The notes below the pieces were generated by a model, which did not search any database, was not told the origin of the DNA, and saw only the letters and a list, made by a program, of their open reading frames with translations. Below, in pieces: positions 23,514-28,609 of a DNA stretch of 28,609 nucleotides. The stretch lies in the IMG/VR virus record IMGVR_UViG_3300027975_000012, positions 1-28,609 of that record; one strand, written 5' to 3'. A program made the position numbers and the translations under genes. The DNA is from a virus. Taxonomy: Duplodnaviria; Caudoviricetes. Each line of letters opens with the position of its first letter. The stretch's first letter is position 1.

Positions 23514-25907
23514 ATGAGAGATCGTAAAATTGTTGAAAACAATGGCGTACCAGAGTATGCTACTTATGCAGATATGCCAGACCCAGCTGATTATAAGGGG
23601 CTTGCATTAGTGCAAGATGGGTATACGCTATATAAAAGCGATGGGCTATATTGGACTCCTTTTATTACTGGTAAAGTGCCCCAAAATACTAGACTTGAAG
23701 GTGTAGACCAAGTACCTATTATATTTTACGCTGCAAGTAAAGATGGCCAATATGTTTTTGGGCGTAACGCAGATGGAAAATCTATCTCTCGTACAACCTT
23801 AGCATACGCAGAAACTATAGTACAAGATTGCACATTACTTTACAGTGAAGATGGAGTGACAACATTAGGCGCTAGTTCCTATCCATCTGGGATATTCACA
23901 ACTGACAATGGCTATGTTTTTGCACAGGTTATACGTTTTTCAGATACCAAAGCATTCTTATATAAAAGTGTGGATAATGGGGCAAATTGGGGGAACAATT
24001 ACCCTGCTTTTGATAATAAAGCGCCTATTAGTCGCATTGGTTATAATGGTTCAACGCATATCGCAAACGTTTCTATTTTGGGTGAGCGTGGCTTTGCAGA
24101 GATAAAAGAAGGTGGTAGAACCTACTATGCCTACGGTGAGTATAATGTTGCGGGTTCTGGTAATCAGGATGTAGCTGTTGTCGTATCACATGATCTTGGT
24201 ACTACATGGACACGTTCAATATTTTTAAGCTCCTCAAGGCATATCCATTTTGTAAAACAAGACCCTTATTATGGGTATATATGGGTAGGGTTTGGTGATA
24301 CTGCGGCACAAAATGGCTTAATGCGACTGGATAGTATTTTGCGCACTATTCCTGTTGGCATGACTCACGCCCAAATAGCAAATAAAGAAGGTTGTAAAAT
24401 TCTTTACGGATTAAAACGCTACGCCACAACAGACTTACATTTTGAGCCTAATCATATCTTAAACCCAGTCGATTTAGGCGGGGGTATTTCCGCTGCTCTG
24501 TCTGATGTTGAAGCTGGTATTTGGAAAATGGACTATGAACTTACATACTATGAACGTGTTTATAATCCATGGAGTCCTGACTGGGACGGGCATTCGCTAT
24601 ACTGGATACAAAAGCATACTTCAACAAATACTTTGATTGCTTGTGAAATTGTTGAAACAACAACAGACCAAAATGTTTATACTACAAGGTTCATAACAAG
24701 TGTAGATGGAGGATTAACATGGAAATGTGTAGCAACTGCAAGATGTAGAGTGCCAAGAACATCACAAGGCCCAGCGTCTTTTTTAGAGTGGGATGATAAA
24801 ATATGGATAGCAGGGAACACATTCGCTTCAAATATGGTCGGTGCAACAATGGCTATTCGACCAACAGTTGAAGTGTTTGATGAAACAAAGCATGGAGCCA
24901 GGACAGAAATTGGTGCAGATGGAACTCTATATGAGTATGGTATTGAGTCAATTATACCATTCACTTTTGTAGACAACACTCTTGGGACAAACGGGGCTGG
25001 CTACGGTTACTCGCCACGTACACCATTTAAAACCCTGACATATGCTCTTGGTTCTAATAGGTCTCCAAATGGGGCAGTTATACGCATTATTGGAACATTA
25101 GCAGAAACTACGGGTGTTTCTGCAAATTTTTTATCGCCTCTGTACCCATCTGAACCAAACCCAATATACCCCACAGTAATTAAAGGGTGTGGTAAAAACG
25201 GGCCAGAGGTCGTTGTCGGTATTACGTTTGCTTATCTTGAAATGCGAGATACACCAAGGACAGGTCGCGTTGATATTCGAGACATTAACTTCAGAAATAC
25301 TGCCGCCGGTGCATTTATAAACAATGCAACAGATGCCGCAGCATCAACGGTGCGGGTGATTGATAGTAAAATATCTGTAACAAACGCCAATGCTTTCCAA
25401 GCGTCAAAAGGGAAAATAGATATTGCTCGGTGCGAAGTGAGTAGTGGTACGTCTGCACCATTGTCCGTTTTATCAGGTATTGGAACAATATCAGCAAATG
25501 ATTCCTTGCTTGCAACTACTGGTAGTGTTGTCTGCTCTCAAAACAGTTCGGGAGGAAAGCTGACATTAACAAAATGCTCGCTAACTGGATTCACTACATA
25601 TGCAATTAATCTTTCATCAATTACACCAGCGTCAATAACCAGTTTAACAGATTGCCTATTATATAGCGCTGGTGGTACTGCTGCTATTTTAGGTAATTCT
25701 GGGGTTACATATACGTCATCAAATTTCAATAATGTGGTAAGCAATAAAGCGTTTACTAATGTAAATGGTACGCCTAATGTTATACAAGATGCTGCACTAA
25801 CTATTACTGATTATCGTACAAACAAAACTATTCTAGCACTTTCTGGTTCTAGTCTTGATGTTGAAAAGAAACCAAGTATATCGGCTGGTTGCTATTCAAT
25901 AACGTAG
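23514..25907 (+). CDS. Tailspike/receptor-binding protein: Asp-box beta-propeller plus beta-helix
   Basis: Three BNR boxes (SVDNGANW, SHDLGTTW, SVDGGLTW), then FVDNTLG...PFKTLTYAL cap and a Ser/Thr/Asn-rich beta-helix-like tail. Confidence 0.72.
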   Translation: MRDRKIVENNGVPEYATYADMPDPADYKGLALVQDGYTLYKSDGLYWTPFITGKVPQNTRLEGVDQVPIIFYAASKDGQYVFGRNADGKSISRTTLAYAETIVQDCTLLYSEDGVTTLGASSYPSGIFTTDNGYVFAQVIRFSDTKAFLYKSVDNGANWGNNYPAFDNKAPISRIGYNGSTHIANVSILGERGFAEIKEGGRTYYAYGEYNVAGSGNQDVAVVVSHDLGTTWTRSIFLSSSRHIHFVKQDPYYGYIWVGFGDTAAQNGLMRLDSILRTIPVGMTHAQIANKEGCKILYGLKRYATTDLHFEPNHILNPVDLGGGISAALSDVEAGIWKMDYELTYYERVYNPWSPDWDGHSLYWIQKHTSTNTLIACEIVETTTDQNVYTTRFITSVDGGLTWKCVATARCRVPRTSQGPASFLEWDDKIWIAGNTFASNMVGATMAIRPTVEVFDETKHGARTEIGADGTLYEYGIESIIPFTFVDNTLGTNGAGYGYSPRTPFKTLTYALGSNRSPNGAVIRIIGTLAETTGVSANFLSPLYPSEPNPIYPTVIKGCGKNGPEVVVGITFAYLEMRDTPRTGRVDIRDINFRNTAAGAFINNATDAAASTVRVIDSKISVTNANAFQASKGKIDIARCEVSSGTSAPLSVLSGIGTISANDSLLATTGSVVCSQNSSGGKLTLTKCSLTGFTTYAINLSSITPASITSLTDCLLYSAGGTAAILGNSGVTYTSSNFNNVVSNKAFTNVNGTPNVIQDAALTITDYRTNKTILALSGSSLDVEKKPSISAGCYSIT

Positions 25908-25915
25908 GTCAACTG

Positions 25916-26212
25916 ATGAACTTTAAATTACCCTCTTTATTTTGCAATTGCCCACGAAATATTGAGGATACACTTAATGGGCTAACAACTTTCTTAGGAA
26001 AAATACTCATGACACTCGAAGAACTTAAACAAATATTGGATGGTACCAAAGCACAACTGGTTAAAGCCGCTGGTGAAATCACTGCCAGAATTGACGCTCT
26101 TGAAGCTCAATTGGCTACCGTAGTTACTACACCTGAAGTTGATGCAGCTTTAGCCGAATTGAAAGCTGTTGCACAACAGTTGGATGATATCAATCCAGAC
26201 GTAGTAGAGTAA
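25916..26212 (+). CDS. Small acidic coiled-coil protein (alternative start 26009)
   Basis: MTLEELKQILD...LDDINPD heptads. Confidence 0.7.
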   Translation: MNFKLPSLFCNCPRNIEDTLNGLTTFLGKILMTLEELKQILDGTKAQLVKAAGEITARIDALEAQLATVVTTPEVDAALAELKAVAQQLDDINPDVVE

Positions 26213-26216
26213 CTAA

Positions 26217-26480
26217 ATGCTGCACCCAAATATGTTAAAATTGGTCGTGGTAGTAGGCAGCCTGTTGTTATTTGGGTGCACATCATTAGTTTACACAAAT
26301 TCGCAAGGCGCAACAATTGAAGCATGGTCGTTTTTGTCTAATAAACGCCTTTCAGGCACTCTTACGGCAGATGGTAATAAAAGAGTGCTTGTAATAAATG
26401 AGTTTGATGAAAACCAAACTGATGGCGCTGCTAAGATGGTAGGAGCCGCTGTGGAGGCAGCAATAAAATATCGCCCATGA
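26217..26480 (+). CDS. Lipoprotein, spanin candidate
   Basis: LVVVVGSLLLFG-C lipobox; C-terminal Ala/Gly helix. Confidence 0.65.
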   Translation: MLHPNMLKLVVVVGSLLLFGCTSLVYTNSQGATIEAWSFLSNKRLSGTLTADGNKRVLVINEFDENQTDGAAKMVGAAVEAAIKYRP

Positions 26481-26490
26481 GCTGGATTAA

Positions 26491-26781
26491 ATGAATCAAG
26501 ATATTATGAATATTGCCATTGGTGTCATGTGCTCTGTCTTTGGATGGTTGCTAAAAACTGTATGGGAATCAGTTAAAGATTTACAATGTGCTGACAGATC
26601 GTTGGCCGAAAAGGTAACCCAGATTGAACTGTTAGTCGCTGGGTCTTATATTAAACGAGATGAAATACAAGTATTGCACGATGCGTTATTTAGAAAGTTG
26701 GATAAAATTGAAGACCGTGTAAACAGGGTAATCATCCAACGCGAGGTAACAAATCACACAAATCGGGGCGAACATGATTAA
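26491..26781 (+). CDS. N-terminal TM plus coiled-coil protein (holin or i-spanin-like)
   Basis: IMNIAIGVMCSVFGWLL TM followed by coiled coil. Confidence 0.65.
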   Translation: MNQDIMNIAIGVMCSVFGWLLKTVWESVKDLQCADRSLAEKVTQIELLVAGSYIKRDEIQVLHDALFRKLDKIEDRVNRVIIQREVTNHTNRGEHD

Positions 26782-26884
26782 TCGCATTTTAACAGCACTT
26801 GAAAATGTAAAAATATACTATGAATTTGGTATGTCTTTACCAGAGGCTGTAATCGAATTCTTTAAAGAGGTATACTATGGCTAA
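26774..26884 (+). CDS. Small hypothetical protein, 36 aa (not in track)
   Basis: MINRILTALENVKIYYEFGMSLPEAVIEFFKEVYYG*; overlaps both neighbours by 8 nt. Confidence 0.5.
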   Translation: MINRILTALENVKIYYEFGMSLPEAVIEFFKEVYYG

Positions 26885-27266
26885 GTGGGTTCATCAAAAA
26901 TTTTTAGATGGCGGTCTTGATTATCTCAAGGCCAATTGTAACAAAATTGCATTAATTAGTACTTATTCCGCTAGTGATTCCTATGCTACTGTAACTGGCA
27001 ATCTGTTGGCAGAAGCAACGATGGCATCTGGCGATTTCACATTAGCCGGGGCTGCTGGGGCTGCTCGTACTTGCACAACAGCAGCGGGAAAACAGGACGC
27101 GGCTGCTAATGCTAGTGGTGGTGGTGCTAGTAGTCATATAGCATTTTTGAATACTACTTTATCAGAAGTGTTGTGGGTCACTGATGAAACATCTGACCAG
27201 TCAGTAACAATAGGGAACCCTATTACATTCCCTTCATTAGTTTATACTAGCAACCAGCCAACATAA
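26877..27266 (+). CDS. Putative virion structural protein
   Basis: Ala/Gly/Thr-rich; SD GAGGT. Confidence 0.75.
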   Translation: MAKWVHQKFLDGGLDYLKANCNKIALISTYSASDSYATVTGNLLAEATMASGDFTLAGAAGAARTCTTAAGKQDAAANASGGGASSHIAFLNTTLSEVLWVTDETSDQSVTIGNPITFPSLVYTSNQPT

Positions 27267-27275
27267 GGCACTGAA

Positions 27276-28310
27276 ATGGCTTTACCTGCTACAGATAATT
27301 TTAACAGAGCAGACTCTAACCCAGCAGGAGTACCATGGGTAAAAGTTGGTCTTGCATCTGATGTTAGAATTCTCACAAATAGGCTAACTGCTGCTGGTCC
27401 ATCAGTAGGATTCGTATACTGGAATGCTGATACTCCTGCCGAAGATCAGTATTCTCAGTGCATTGTACCAACATCTGGTAGTGAGGTAGGTGGGCCAGCC
27501 ATAAGGATATTAACATCATCAGCGAATAGGGATGGTTATAGATATAATATAAGTGGCAAAGTATTACAGAAACTCGTTAATAATGTTACCACAACATTGC
27601 AGACAATGACTGATACTGTGTCAAATACTGCTGTATATAGATTAGAAGCTATTGGTACAACAATACGAGTATATAAAGATGGAGTTCAATTAGGTACAGA
27701 TGTTACTGACACAAGTTTTTCATCAGGTAGCGTTGGTATTTACCATGGTGGTTCATCTGGATATTATGATAATTGGGAAGGCGGAGAAACTAATCCAGCG
27801 ACAGTATTAACAGCGAATAACTCTACCCAAGTAAATGCGTCTACCAGTAGTGCAATTGGACAAGAAAACATAATAACAGCCGGTAACTCATCTCAAGCAA
27901 ATACGTCAAGTTCTGGTGCAATAGTCCAGGTCATACTTGGTGAGATGTTAGCAGACAACTCTACACAGGTTAATCAGAGTATATCTGGTGGGGTAATACA
28001 GTCACATACAGTAACAGCTGGTAACAGTACGCAAGTCAATGGTAGCACTACTGGTGCAATTACCATGACTCATGTTTTATCTGCTGATAATAGCATACAA
28101 GCTAATTTGAGCATTACTGGGGCAATAGGTCAGTTGCAAATATTGACAGCAGCAAATTCTGTTCAAGCAAATCTTAGTGATTCTGGTAGAATGCTGTTAA
28201 CACCAGGGTTCTGGTATGATGAAAGCGATGAAGCTATAACATGGCTTATTGATCTAGATGGTAATACAATGTGGTCCCCTTCTCCACCTATAACAAGCAT
28301 TTGGAGCTAA
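27276..28310 (+). CDS. Putative fiber: lectin-like N-terminal domain plus six 22-24 aa repeats
   Basis: TDNFNRAD...YRLEAIGTTIRVYKDG...SGSVGI; repeats xTAxNSxQxNxSxxGxI. Confidence 0.7.
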   Translation: MALPATDNFNRADSNPAGVPWVKVGLASDVRILTNRLTAAGPSVGFVYWNADTPAEDQYSQCIVPTSGSEVGGPAIRILTSSANRDGYRYNISGKVLQKLVNNVTTTLQTMTDTVSNTAVYRLEAIGTTIRVYKDGVQLGTDVTDTSFSSGSVGIYHGGSSGYYDNWEGGETNPATVLTANNSTQVNASTSSAIGQENIITAGNSSQANTSSSGAIVQVILGEMLADNSTQVNQSISGGVIQSHTVTAGNSTQVNGSTTGAITMTHVLSADNSIQANLSITGAIGQLQILTAANSVQANLSDSGRMLLTPGFWYDESDEAITWLIDLDGNTMWSPSPPITSIWS

Positions 28311-28311
28311 A

Positions 28312-28609
28312 ATGAATTACACAGAAATCAAGGACATGGCCCTTGGCTATTCTGATAGACAAGACACTGAAGTAATAGGGAAAATGGATTTGTTTTTAAA
28401 GATGGTGGAGTCGAAAATTAATCGTGCTCTTGAAACTCAACCAATGATTACTACAGTACAAACTGTGTTGGTAGACAATGTTTTCGAGTACACTCTACCA
28501 ACTGATTTTCTATCTATTAAGGACATTAAGATAGTTAATACAGATAATGAAAATTATTCTTACCCCATGGAAATGGCATCGCCAGAGAGAATAACAACAT
28601 TTAGGCTGG
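28312..28609 (+). CDS. Head-tail adaptor-like protein, truncated (not in track)
   Basis: MNYTEIKDMALGYSDRQD...FLKMVESKINRAL...YTLPTDFLSIK; SD GGAG. Confidence 0.75.
   Translation, partial: MNYTEIKDMALGYSDRQDTEVIGKMDLFLKMVESKINRALETQPMITTVQTVLVDNVFEYTLPTDFLSIKDIKIVNTDNENYSYPMEMASPERITTFRL

Noticed and set aside
1-28609. Integrated prophage
   Set aside because: No integrase, CI-like repressor, att site or host genes in the window; lifestyle cannot be settled from this fragment.

Overview
Partial genome of a tailed dsDNA phage, probably podovirus-like, with two arms diverging from an AT-rich control region at about 11.95-12.59 kb. The left arm (minus strand) carries small early genes, a primase-helicase, a nucleotide-metabolism cassette and a family A DNA polymerase that runs off the window. 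The right arm (plus strand) carries TerS, TerL, portal, scaffold, a DUF5309/SU10-type major capsid protein, a lambda-R-type endolysin, holin/spanin candidates and tail proteins. I see no integrase, repressor, tRNA or CRISPR array. Main observations: (1) the ThyA homolog has Asp at the Asn177-equivalent specificity position, pointing to dCMP rather than dUMP methylation, and it sits next to a dCMP deaminase and an NTP pyrophosphatase; (2) a predicted ~110-nt antisense RNA with its own promoter and terminator opposes two tandem leader ORFs coupled to the primase-helicase, like plasmid CopA/tap/repA control; (3) five CsrA/RsmA-type ANGGAU hairpins, four of them in early-gene leaders; (4) two paralogous LPD23-like HExxH proteins flank terL. 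All family assignments come from motif recognition by eye, not database searches.
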